Assembly: GCA_028534125.1 (NCBI GenBank)
Contig: CM052817.1
Span: 60,762,001 to 60,826,000 of the forward strand
DNA length: 64,000 nt
Source: Lama glama
Lineage: Eukaryota
Direction: 5' to 3'
Each line of letters opens with the position of its first letter. Positions within the stretch are counted from its first letter, which is position 1. The position numbers were made by a program, and so were the translations under genes. Shown piece by piece: positions 38,011 to 50,625 of the stretch. The notes below the pieces were generated by a model. It saw nothing but the letters and a program-made list of their open reading frames with translations, was not told where the DNA came from and made no database searches.

Positions 38011-38150
38011 TAAGATTTGTGTGTGATCCAAATAAAGAGAGAGGAAATACAGAAAAAGAAAATCCACTTGCTTACCCTATTTAGCTTACTACATTTTGTT
38101 TTCTCTTGAAAAATCACAGTAAACAACAACAAAAAGGAAGTTATAAGTGG

Positions 38151-38182
38151 TTGTTCAATTATTCATTTGTTCAATTATTCAT
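38151..38182. repeat. Perfect 16-bp tandem duplication
   Basis: ttgttcaattattcat x2. Confidence 0.9.
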
Positions 38183-39044
38183 TTCCTGAAGCATGTTCTA
38201 GCATATGATTTTTCCCATAAAAAAAGGGAAATGTTGCTGCATATAACTGGCTATTCTAAAAAAACTGATAAACAAGAGAAAATTAAAACATAATTGACTT
38301 TAGTCTCTGAATTTTTAGGGACTAAAAATGTCACAGAATTAGTGAAATTGATTCATCTCTAAAAACACCAAAGCGTTAAATAACAGGGCGGGTTAAAGTT
38401 TTGAGGCACATACTGATAGTGATGTTTCCATCTTAATTTTATAAAGGAAAAGAGTAAAAATTTTAGAGTCTCTCATTTAGTGCCAAAGTATATGTGAGAC
38501 TTTCTCATGGAAATTTAGGAAACAGTTTATTAAAAAATTATACTCATTCTCAAATCAGAATTTACCATTATAAGTTGTTTAAGAAAGAAAATTTTGAAGT
38601 GTATATTTTAAATTAACAACGTAGGTGAAAGACTTGGGCCTGAAAGGAATTTACAAGATCGCTGCATTTCATTCTGTCTACCGCCAAACCAGCTCAGACC
38701 TGAGGGAGAGCAATATCTTTCAGGGAGAGATATGTTCCATTCGACACTGATGGTACATTTGATTTATTTTCTAGATATTCTTAAACCTATTTTCTGAATG
38801 CTAAACCAGACAAAAGAGAGCAGTTCTGGGTATTACTCTAGGTAGTACTAAGGCCCCAAATTTCAAGCTATTTGAGTTATAATCCTCCAAATTTCAGGAT
38901 TACAAAAAGCCAGGCATTTTATGTTTAACAAAACAAAACAAAAGGCAGTGGTCCAAATTTATAACTCTTTTGTTAGCTAACTAAAAATGTAGCCCTCTCT
39001 CCTTATCAGCAAAAGAGGAAGTTAAATTAACTCTAAGCTTCTAC

Positions 39045-39450
39045 ATTAATTACCTCTTCTGAGTACCAAACAACCCAAAGCATCAGTGACTTTAAAAAAA
39101 TTAGTTATTTCTCACTCTGGGGACGTGAGGACTGTGGTTTGGCTACAAGTTGTAGGTCACCAGCAGTTCCCTGTGCAGCTTCTCATCCCAGGGCCCAGGC
39201 CAGAGAAGCGGTCCTGGTGGGGGCAAGCCATTCCCACCTCAGGGGGAGCCTGGGAAGGAGGCTGCCAGACACCTGCAGCGCCTCCTGTGCTGCTTGCACG
39301 ATGTGGCACACATCACCCCTCCTCACAGACCGCTAGGGAAGCAGAGTGTCATGACCAGGCCCCAAGTCAGCAGGGTGGGTGAGTGTACTCCACACAGAGA
39401 GGAGAAGGGAGTAAAAAATTATACAAATTATACAATAATACAATCTAATA
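39045..39450 (-). mobile_element. Old MLT1-type MaLR LTR
   Basis: caaacaacccaaagcatcagtgactt...tctcatcccagggcccaggc...gtcatgaccaggccccaagtcagcagggtggg. Confidence 0.7.
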
Positions 39451-39539
39451 GTGGTCCCTTCTGGCTCTAATAAAATTCTAAGTGTAAGACAAAACCAAAA
39501 TATGCATAAATTGGCAAGTAAAGTACTAAGGTATAATGT

Positions 39540-40340
39540 CAATCCATCAAAACATACTTATTGATGAATAGATTCTAAGGGAAACAAAGTGGAAAGCCAA
39601 TTATGCCACAGGGAAGCTATCTGAAAGGCACTTGTGGTTTAGCTGAAGATACAAGACTCATGCATATGGAAGCACGAACAATATCAACATTCCTATAAAT
39701 GTGCACTGACATTTTTTTTTATCGGTATTGCTTATTTATACCATGTTAAATTGTGTAGTTGAGATATTGAAGAATTAAATGCCATACAGAATAAAGAGTT
39801 AATCAGAGGAAACATGAATGAAAGCTCTTCAGAAAAGGTGAACCTTGAACTTGACCTTGAAGGATTAGTAGAGAATAATTAGACTGAAGGGAAAAAATAG
39901 AGAATTATTAGAGAAACAGAAAGAGAACAGAATGGAAGTGGGAAAGGGTAGAATGTGTTGGGGAACAATGAAGACATCAGGTTAATCTGCAAGGCAGTGT
40001 GAAGTTTAGAATTCATATTGTAGGCCACAAGCTGCTACAAGAACCCATTGTCCATTCTGGAGCCCAGGAGTAAAATCATGAAGATGGTGTTTAAGGGAAA
40101 GCTAATCTAGTTTTGATAGCAAATATGGATTTCAACTGGCAAAAACTAGAACAAACTGGAACGCGTGAGATAATGAAGGCCTGGTCCGGAACTGGGCCAG
40201 GGGAGAAGGGGAGGAAAGAATATACAGAAAGATGCTTTTAATCAATGAAGCACACTGTGGTTTTTATGAATTTGGAAGTGAGGATAAAAGCATCATGGAG
40301 TGAAGGGGATGCCTGGGTTTTATGGTGCAAGACCAGCAGA
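39540..40340 (-). mobile_element. L2 LINE fragment
   Basis: catacttattgatg...ttgaccttgaaggattagtag...gtgagataatgaaggcctg. Confidence 0.65.
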
Positions 40341-42389
40341 AGAGTTTAACGGATCCTTAATATGAACCATGTTGTCAGGAAAAGGATTGTTTATTGCTTA
40401 GTTGCAGTTAGTTGGTTTTTACCTTCGCTACAGACCTTTTTTTGTTTGTTTCCAGACCTGATTTCTGGGTCTTTTGTGGAAAAAAAAATGAAGCCAGTAA
40501 AATCAATACACAAGCATAATAGCAGTTAAAGAAATATTTAACCAATCAGGCCAAGTGTTCCATTTCTGATAATCTCTGTGGTGCTTTAGCTGACAGAGAT
40601 TTTAATTCTCAGTGAGTATACTTCAGTGAACTGCTAGAAATCAGTATTGTGTTCAGCATTATTTTTCCTTTATTTGATTTGTATTATGGAGACTGACAAT
40701 TTAAATTGTCCTTTTCTGTCGAGTTCCTTAATGATGACACTCAGCATCCTGGTTCCCCAGACTTCTGGAAGAGAGAGCTGGGAAAGAGACACATCTGGCC
40801 AGCATCAATGTGCCAGCCCCCCCTCCCCCCTGCACCAGTGCACACGTGCCACATTCGTCTATCTCCCAGACTCTCTCCCTGAACTCAGGAAATATCTGCA
40901 TTCCTTCCCTTTTGCTATAGCCATTAGAGAAAGGAGAACTCCTTTTTAGTCACTGATTTTAAAAATTAGGAAGATCATCAAATTTAATAATTGGAGTACA
41001 CTTTAGAAATTATTATAAATAGCTTTAATATGACAGCTTATCCTGGACCATTGATTAAGCCAGATCACTGATTGCTAATGTGATTATTTTTAATGAAAAT
41101 GACAGTATTCAGAGTGATTTTTATTAAATAAAGACTAATTACTTCTCAGATGACTATGTGCCTACACCATAACATATAAGATATCAAAACTACTTTAATA
41201 TATAATAAATATTAATATCTAAAATGAGTATTATATAGTTAATGTAGTAACTGCATTTATTATCAGCTGTCTGCCCGTACCTTATATGCTTTTACATTTT
41301 AGTGACTTGAGAACAATCAGATGAAATGTACGTTTATGTATTACACAGTTGCATACTAGTGCACGATTATTAATCTACAAGTAAATACACTGAGCAGATG
41401 AGCAAGGTTCGTGTTAGGCATCAGAGACCTGGGCTGTCGTGATATACTCACATGTACAATATGAGTTGCATATGAGTTGAGGTGCACAGGAGTGACTTTT
41501 AAGGACCAGTAAGTGCTATAGCATGTAAGACTGTAAATTTGGATAGAAGAGCTTTGTTCCTTTGATCTCTAAAAATGCGAGATACCTTGGCAGCAGAAGT
41601 TAAAAGTATTTATTTATCTCCCCGGATATATGGGTCAGAGTGCTGGTGTGGTGGTGATGTTTACAATGAACTCTCTGCCCTATTTGTTCATCTAATGTTT
41701 TATGTGGCCTTTGTCTTGTAATAGTTCTTAGTATAAAAAAATTACTTAGTCAAGAGCTGTTACATTAAAGACATTTAAGAATGGAAGAGAACTGAATTTT
41801 TTAGAGTAATATCATTATGTTGTTAATAAAATTAATTGCAGTGTTGATCTTAGAACCTTAACTCTTCCAAAGGCTAAAAATACTACTTTAAAAAATACTT
41901 ATAGGGCATTTAGCACAAGTTCACCTCTGTTCTCAAATCTTAGTGAGTGTCAAGGAATAATTAATTCATGAGTTGAATTTTATGCTTCCTCAATAAAAGA
42001 GTCCCTTTTTGCCTGTTGGCTGCTAACCCTAAACCTTGGGGATGGAACCACCTAGTGGCACAAAAACAAGGGTGTATCTCAAACTGCATGGAGACTGACT
42101 TTGTTGAATTCGTGGGTAATGGCAGAGATGCATAAACAATATTTCAACCTAATCACAGAAGTTCAGAATTTTTAGAAATTGAATGAACAGTAAGTAGTTC
42201 CTTTTTTTTTTTTTTAACCAGGTAGGGAACTAGTCCAAAGGGGTAAATGACTTCCTCAAGAGTCACAAAAAAGCAATAAAACTGGAAAATTTTCAAAATT
42301 TCTAATTCCATGTTTAGTTTTCTGGTTAGCGTGCACCCTATCTTCCCTTATCTTTCTCCTAAAAACTTACAAGAATAATATGAAACATA

Positions 42390-42580
42390 CTGTATAATGC
42401 TTACTGTGTGCCAGGTCCTAAGTTCTTACAAGTAGCAGCCTATGAGTTTTCTATCTCCTCATTTTATAGACAGAAAAACTGAGACATAATGAGGTAAAGT
42501 AATTTCTCCAAGTTCACAAAACTACTGAGTATTAGAGCTGAGATTCAAACCCAGACAGTCTGGCTCCTAAAATTGACATT
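42390..42580 (-). mobile_element. MIR SINE
   Basis: cattttatagacagaaaaactgagac...gagctgagattcaaacccagacagtctggctcc. Confidence 0.85.
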
Positions 42581-43929
42581 TCCCTTTAACAAACTGCTTT
42601 AAACAAACACTTAGAGCTTGTCTATCTTTTCTCTCTTGCTCTTCTTCTGTCTCTTAAGGGCACAGAATAGAATTAATCTACTAATTAATAGAATTTATCC
42701 TTGATTTATATTATGTTTTCATTATTGGTCCCTAAATGGCAATATTTCTTTATTTCATTAGTTTGAAACTCCTTGAATATTGTCTTTTTTCCCCTCCACT
42801 GTTAACTATTGGAATATCTACTACTTTATTTTGTATGTTTACTTGGATTCAGAAAAAGACCATTAAATCTTTTGACCTCCCTCTATCTTAATATGTCTTA
42901 CCTCTTGGGTCCTGCCTCGTGTTGGTAAGGCCCTTGAGTTCAGGCATATGTCTGTGCTTCCCTAGTGCCTACCTCATGAAAGCACAGAGTCATCATTCAG
43001 TAAATATTTGATGAATGAATAAAGCATCTACCTAACTTTATACTCAAAGATCATCCTACTTACTTATACTCAAATACACTGAATATCTATCAGTTGTACT
43101 TGCTTGGTTTTTTTTTTAAGTTTTCTATCTCCTCTTATAATAATTTTCTGTTTCTCTTGGTTTCTCCAATCTTTCATACAATGATTAATAAAAAACTGAG
43201 AAGAAAAACAAAACAAACAGCATGTGTCCACCTTTCTTTCCACTCTGTGCTGTAGGAATTTTTATGCTTTCATTCCCACAAGAAAGATAGAAAATACTCC
43301 TTTAACCTGAAAGCACAGAGCCCTAACCTTTTATTTCCCAACAGAATGAGGTACTTTCGCAGTCCTTTGTTCCTTTTTCAGGAAGAGAGGAGAAGCAGCC
43401 TTTATTGATTGCCTAGTTAGCAGCTCCAAAATCAGCCACCAGCCAACCTAAATCTCTTCACTGGGTTGGCTGGAAGACTCTCCCACACAGGTGCTTACAA
43501 CCAGCAGCTAAACAGTTCATTGCTTTCCATGTAGACATACAAAATATATACAGTCCCTCCACTCTGAGAGCAGAAGTGACAGTACCAAGATACCCATGTA
43601 AACAGTAAGCAATACGAGCTTATATGTTAAACTCTATGGTATAGACAATAAATGCTGCAAAAAATAGAGAAAATGAAGCTATTGCTGAATAGGATAGAAA
43701 ATATTTTATTAGACTTGAGCTGGAAGACATCAAGGGTAAACAGAATTTGCATATGGGGACAGGTACAGGTAAGACACTCAGAGAAACATGAAACCACAAA
43801 TGAAAATAGTCATTAGGTGTTGAAAGGACAATGAAAAGGAACAACTTGAATGGAGAGTATGCTGACAGGTGAATACAGGTAGAGAAGCTAAAATTGAATG
43901 GGATACACCAGAGTGTTGATAGCTGTCGT

Positions 43930-44110
43930 CTGTTAAGCACATTGTATGCTAAACACTGGATGTGTTTCATATGATGCTTACTACAACTCTGCGAATTGGG
44001 TATTTATTAATTGCACTTAAAAATTTGAGGAAACTGAGACAGAGTTAGGTATCTTACCAAAGTCACACATTAATGACAAGTGGAGCTGGGACTCAAACCC
44101 AGATCAGTGT
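43930..44110 (-). mobile_element. MIR SINE within L2 remnants (~43520-44430)
   Basis: tgaggaaactgagacagagttagg...gtggagctgggactcaaacccag. Confidence 0.75.
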
Positions 44111-44713
44111 GCGTGTCCTCCTTCAGGACCCCACACCAACTTTGCAGGGTTCTGAGGAGGAGACTATCTGGACAGAGGAGCATTTGAGTCCAAGGTGTTG
44201 GGTTGGACAAAGAGAGAGCTTAAGTGAGTAAAGCCATTTATAAGGCGGTTGTAGTGTTCCAGCTGTGAAGCAGTGAGAATAGTCTCAATGAAAATAAGGA
44301 GAAAAGATTAGGGGAAAAAAGGTACAGCTTGACAAAGGATGGACAGGATTTGGTGGAAATCAGAGGCAAGCATATGGTCTGGGAACCCGAAAGGAAAAGG
44401 ATGCGCAGATTCGAGTAGCCACAAAGAGCCCACTCTTTCCAACTCTTATTTTGCCTCCTTGTTCATCTACTGCAAGCTTTGCATCAGCTCAATTCCACCT
44501 TCAGGTAAAACCAACTGGAAAGTGATTTTCTAGGAAAGCAGTTACTATTTTAAAACAACAATATGATAATCCACTACCCAGTGGATATTATTTCAAACAA
44601 TCTTCTGGCTTAGATTTTTGTTCTGTAGTTGCTCAAATCATGTTCACACATCTGCAGTAGTATCGTTCTGCTCTCACACCCCAGATGTTATTTTTAAAAT
44701 ATATATATATATA

Positions 44714-44930
44714 CAGTTGACCCTTGAACAACACGGGTTTGAACTGCTCAGGTCCACATACGTGCAGATTTTTTTTCAGTACTGTACTACACAGTCCACA
44801 GCTGGTTGAATCCAGGAATGCAGAATGACAGATATGGAGGAACCTTGGATACAGAGGGCAAAGTGACATGCAAATGTGCTCTAACAGGAAGATCAGCACT
44901 GCTAACCCTGAGTTGTTCAAAGGTCAACTG
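44714..44930. mobile_element. Tigger2a-like MITE, intact
   Basis: TIRs cagttgacccttgaacaac / gttgttcaaaggtcaactg (one mismatch) and TA target duplication. Confidence 0.92.
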
Positions 44931-44946
44931 TATATACCAACATTTA

Positions 44947-44973
44947 TACACACACACACACACACACACACAC
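44947..44973. repeat. (CA)n microsatellite
   Basis: Directly visible. Confidence 0.9.
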
Positions 44974-46740
44974 CCCACTAAAAACAACCGGTTTTATCAC
45001 ATCCACACTCTCTGTTCTAGATCAAGAAAACAAGATAGTTTAGATGGACATGTTTATATAAAGTAAGAAAAATCTGAGGAGTTGCAAAACGAGAGAGAAC
45101 ATTGAAAGTTCACTTTCAAAGGGAGAAATAAAATAATATATTTTTATACGTATATTTTAATCTAAGGCAATAGCATACATTTTAACATTTCAATGAAGGA
45201 AATCATTTTCTTTTCTCATGTAATATGCATATATTAAACAAGGAATGGCCCCTGGAAACCACTGTGAAAGGAATGTACTAGTCCTATTTCAGAGCAACCT
45301 CCCTTTAAAACATTTGTTTTAAATTTAGAATGTTGAATTTAGGGAACTTCAATAAAAGAGGGAAAATGAGTAGCCTTTGGGTTATTTTTTTTCTATTTCT
45401 TTAATCTGGATGGAGCTATTTTCATGCCTAATACCCCGTGGGCTTTACCAGTCACTCTGCTGTGTCTGATGGAGGACCTAAGTAATTCACATTTGTTTCA
45501 GTATTTAGTCTAAATAAAAGGGACTATAAGTACAGTTGATGATATTTCCAGTATGTGAATATTTCAAAAATAACTTATCATATGTGCACTGTATGATTTG
45601 AAATTACTTTTATTAACCTTGCAAAGCAGTAGCAAAATTTTAGGAAAATGACAAGACTACTCTTAGGAAGCATGCAGCATTCTCACTCCTGAGTACTCCA
45701 GCCCTCAGACAGTGCAGTCGCAGGGAGTAGATTTTGAAGTGTTACAAGATTCTGTTTTGCTTGTACTTACGTCATACAGCATTGGGGGAACACTTCATCC
45801 AAGGAACAAGACAGTACCACTTATAAACAAGCATCCTTATTAGACTTTTCTGAGAAGAGTACTGAGGTACAGAGAAGATAACTGACCCATGTGGGGTGCA
45901 CAGCGATAGCATTTCCGCTGGATGACATGACACTGGACCGAGTTGCCTTGCAAGGAGCAAGTCGGATCAGCCTTTTTTAAAAATAACATTTGTGCTGTTT
46001 CTAGATCTCAGTAAGTATTGTTTCATTCAAAAGGCAGCTGTTTTACAAAAAGCATAAAAAGCAGCTTGTTTTACAAAAAAGGCTGAGTTTTTAACAAAGC
46101 ATTGAAGAACCTGAAACTATAAATGTGCACTGCACTTGGAAGCACACGTTCACGCACACACGTTGCACACACACACTGACACATACACACACATACACAG
46201 CCTCCAGAGTCTCTCGGAAGCCTCCCTCAGAAACACTTTTATTCCATTATACTTACATCACATTTTTTCTATTCAAAAGAGCCATTTTACTCCCAAGACT
46301 TAGCCCCAAGATACTTCTGACTGTCTTAAAAATTCAGATTCCTTTTAAAGGGAAAATGTTATGTCATTGAGGATAATCAAAAAATGTGCTCCTTTCTTAT
46401 AAACCCTTAAAATACTGTAAGCACAGCAACAACATGGGAATAGGCTCACGGGCTCCCATGATAACTATGTTAGTAGAAGAAAATAATCTTAGCCGTGAGC
46501 CATGAATGAGACTTCGGCACGCACTGAGATGAACTCTCTAATTTTACGTATATGGAACCAGGAAGGGAGGCTGGGTGACCTGCCTAGAGTCTAATCCTGG
46601 GTCAGAACTTGCCCTGGGGACTACAAGTCCTGGTTGTCAGTCCAGTGTTCTATCCCTGCCCTATTTTGCCAATTGTCTTTGTTAAAAATTTTACCTCTAA
46701 AATTTGCTAGTAAAATTAATGTGTTAAAAAGTGCATTTGA

Positions 46741-46880
46741 GGGGGAAGGGTATAGCTCAAGTGGTAGAGCGCATGCTTATCATGCACAAGGTCCTGGGTT
46801 CGATCCCCAGCACCTCCTCTAAAATAAATAAGTAAACCTAATTACCTCCAGCCTCCCCCCCAAAATGAGATAAGAAATAA
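46741..46880 (+). mobile_element. tRNA-derived SINE (Vic-1-like)
   Basis: ggggaagggtatagctcaagtggtagagcgcatgcttatcatgcacaaggtcctgggttcgatccccagcacctcc; TSD-like aaRtgcattt on both sides. Confidence 0.9.
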
Positions 46881-47084
46881 AATAAATGCATTTATATCTT
46901 ACATAAAGGAGTCAGGAGTATCAGTTAGTATATACGCTTTGTTAAGTCATAAACACAACTAGAATATCTGTTTTAAAATTGTCATTATTGTATAGACATA
47001 CAGGAAAAGTAGCACAAATGATGGATAAAATGTTAAGGATTGGGTTATATTTAATTTATAGAGAAACTGTACTATAGACTAAAA

Positions 47085-47290
47085 TAATAGTTAACATCCA
47101 TTAAAGATGTACTTTGAGCCAGGTACTTGTTCAAGCGCCCTAACTAAGTCATTTAATCCTCACCATAACCATGAGAGGTAAATACCGTGATTGGCTTCAT
47201 TTTACAGGTGAGGAAACTGAGTCACAGAAAAGATTAGCAGCTTTCCAAGGTCAGAAAGCTAGTAAGTGGCAGAGCCAGGTCTGAAATCAT
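47085..47290 (-). mobile_element. MIR SINE
   Basis: tcatttaatcctcaccataacc...cattttacaggtgaggaaactgag...agctagtaagtggcagagccagg. Confidence 0.88.
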
Positions 47291-47838
47291 AACATCTGTC
47301 ACCCTCCCCTAGTTCCTAGTCCCACAAGCCTAAGCCCTGGCGCCACTGTGCCCCAGTGTGATAGCATCCAGATGATCTTCATGCCTTCTCGGGAAGCTGC
47401 CTTCTCTCACACTAAATGCTGATGGGCATTTTAGTTTACTTGAAATTTGGGTGACTTTCAGAAACTTAAACAACCTGCCAACAGTAAAGAGTCGCCCATT
47501 ATGATGAGGGAGGCATTTGAAATTGAAGCTGTCTTGCATCAGCTGATCAGAAGTAAACAAGAAAGTACTGGAAATTGAAAGTTGTGGGAGGATACTGTAA
47601 TTATTTTCCCTGCCTCTTATCTTTTCACTACAAATAGCTTAAGACTGTACTTGACCAAAACTTTAATTCTTCCTTCATGGAAGTTTTCATTTATCATGAC
47701 TTTTTAATTGGGCCAATTCATAATTGCCTTTTATCTATCTCATTTCATAGTTCTTTGAGCAGCTCAAAAAAGCTAACTTCATAATTAGTCAGATTGTGTA
47801 CTCACATCGGAATGCCTAGTACTATGAAACAGAACCTA

Positions 47839-48215
47839 CAGAGTCCCTCAGTATCCACAGGGGATCGGTTCCGGGACCCTGATGGATACCAAAATCCATG
47901 GATGCTCAAGTCTCTCACATAAAATCACAGAGCATTTTCAAAAACCGTATGTGCATTCTCCTGTATACTTTATTTTTTCCCCTTTTTTTTCTGAATACTT
48001 TAAATCATGTCAGGATTACTTATAATACCTAATAAAATGTAGATGCTATGTAAATAGTTGTAAATATAATGTAAATGCTATGTAAATAGTTGCTAGCATG
48101 TGGCAAATTCAAAGTTTGCTTTGGGGAACTTTCTGAGAGTTTTTTTCTGAATATTTTTGATCTTTGGTTGGTTGAAGCTGCGGATGTGGAACCTGCAGAT
48201 ACAGAGGGCCGACTG
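47839..48215. mobile_element. MER2-like TcMar-Tigger MITE
   Basis: TA-cagagtccctcagtatccacagggga...gatacagagggccgactg-TA. Confidence 0.88.
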
Positions 48216-48899
48216 TACTATTTCTAGAACTTAATTATGGCTCAGATAAAAATATAAGATTTCCATATGGAATAACATTTATGATTCTATATATTATATA
48301 GTCCAGAATAATGTCTCACAGAGGCCCCAGTGGTTTTTGTTTTAATGAACATAGTTCCCTGCTTTAACACTGACTCCAAACAGAGATTGACCTCAAAGTG
48401 TGCATTCATTTTTTTCTTAATAATCCAGCCTATACCTGCCATTTAATGAAGCTAGTTACGTTTGCAGTAACATTAAGTAACTATTTCAAATGATTGAAAT
48501 CCAGCTTGTTTTTATTTTATGTATTACTGGTCTCAGGAAATACATATAAAAATTGCACCTTAATAATATTCTTACCCATGTTCTGTGGTGAGACATGGGA
48601 CATGATGGGAGGAGCCAGCAACCTGAACAAAAGTGTGCTGGGATTTCTGTTCTGATAAGGTTTTCATTCCAAAATCATGTTTTCTGCAGTAATATTTTTA
48701 TGGTGATTTTAATCAGTTTTTTGTTTCTTTTTTATTAATTAACCAAGATCTCTGTTACACTTCCTATAAAAGTCAGCATGACCCTTCTAGTCAGTCTCTC
48801 ACTTTCTTTGAGCTAATCAATGCCAATTTTACTACTTTGAATCTCTTCTGTGTTTTTTAGCAACTGCAGAAATTTGCCAAACAAATTATCTCCAAACCA

Positions 48900-49740
48900 A
48901 AAGACAGGCAGCAGAGTGGTGCCGAACACTTCATTAAGACTGGTGAGCTAGGACAGAGCAAAACCCCGGGGCCCTGAATACCCCTGCCAAGCTGGGTGGA
49001 TTATTATATGCGGAGTCATTGATGAATTTAGTAAAGACTAGCCAGAATCAGAACTATGCTTTTTGATCAATCTAGAAAGAATGTATGTAATGAAATAAAA
49101 AAGGAATTAACTAGAAAGGAGAATACCGATAGGAAGCCATTACTACATCTGTAACATAAACTCCAAGAAGGCAGGGATTTTTGTCTGCTTTATTCGGAGA
49201 TTTGGTCCAAGCATCCAGAAAAAAGCCTACCACATAGTGGATGTTTGGTGAATATTATTTAAATAATGGATGAACAAATCACTAAAGAAAAGTGAAAGAC
49301 CTGAACTAAAGGCAATAGAATTAGAAGGAAATGGAGAGATTCTGTAAAGGTAATGTTAGCCACCGGCTGGACACAGAGACGAAGGAAAGAGAAACCAAAC
49401 ATGATTTTGAGATCCTTAGCCTTGCTGGCCAGGTGGTGAGGAAGTTATTCATGGAAAAGAAGCCAGAAGCAAAAACTTGGCTTGAGAGGGAATGTGCTCA
49501 CTCGTTTTGATCTAGACATGTTGAGTTTGAGACACTGGAGAATGAGGTATCCATATGGGGAAATATGAAGACTATGACAGACAAGTGACAGTGAAGGCTG
49601 GGAACTCGAGGGAGAGGCCAGAGGGAGAGGGTGGAAGGAGAGATATAGACTTGGGCAAACTCTTTATTAAGGTGGTGAAAGACAGACATAGCCCATGGAA
49701 AAGGTATAGAGATGAAGAAAAAAAGGTTGAAGACATAATT
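48900..49740 (-). mobile_element. L2 LINE fragment
   Basis: ctagacatgttgagtttgagacac...gagatatagacttggg. Confidence 0.6.
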
Positions 49741-50454
49741 TGCTTTCAGATGACCCCTTTTTGCTTTCCTCTCCTTTTTTCACAGTCACCTAATTAATTC
49801 TCTCAGCACATCGTGTCACAATTATCCCTTTCTCTCCAAACCTATTCAAATCTTACGTGTTCTGTGGGTTCCAGCTAATGACCCACCCTCAGCATGTCTT
49901 CCCCAGCAAATCCAGCTCAATCATACCCGAAAATATAGAGACAAAAGATGATGAGTACACTGGGGACAGGGAGCGGGAGTGGTTGGAAGGGTGTGGAAGG
50001 ACATGAAGAGGTCTTCTGGGGTGCCGATAATCTGTTTCTTGCTGAGTGCTGAAACTCAGAGCAAGTTTCTGTATTTTATCTTCTATATAGAAACTTTGAG
50101 CACTGTGTTTCTGTATTTAGAAATATAGAAATATTTGTGTTTCTGTATTTTATCATCTTTGGAATTTATCAATATAGAGTAACAAGGGGAAAAAATCCAG
50201 ACCAAATACAGGCAGCGAAAAGAGATCCAAGCCACCAGCACTGACATTAGAGTTAAAAGAGGAAGAGGCACTAACAAAGAAGTGACTGGAAAAGTGCCTA
50301 GTGAGTAATGACAGCAAATTCTGCAATCTCTGTTTCCTCAGGATCTACAGCAGTCCTGTACCAGAGCTGGTGCTGGGTAACTGGTTCTTAAATGAAAACA
50401 TGAACTGCTGCTCTGGACTGCCTCAGCTCTGCTTGTGGTTGACTTACATGGTGG

Positions 50455-50625
50455 TTCTCGTACCTCAGCAAGCATTCAGATCATCTGGCGGGCCTGTTAA
50501 AACACAGAATGCTGGGCCCCAGCCCCGGTTTCTGACTCAGGAGATGTGCATAATTTGCATTTCTAAAATGTTCCAGCTGAGGCTTACATGCTCTGTAGAG
50601 CCCCGCCTCGGAGCACGGCTGCTCT
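50455..50625. mobile_element. MER5A-like MITE
   Basis: tgttaaaacacagaatgctgggccccagccccggtttctgactcag...aatttgcatttctaa. Confidence 0.75.

Noticed and set aside
46741..46820. tRNA-Ala-like sequences (also at 8781, 19801, 23405)
   Set aside because: They carry SINE tails, TSD-like flanks and mutations, so they are SINEs rather than tRNA genes.
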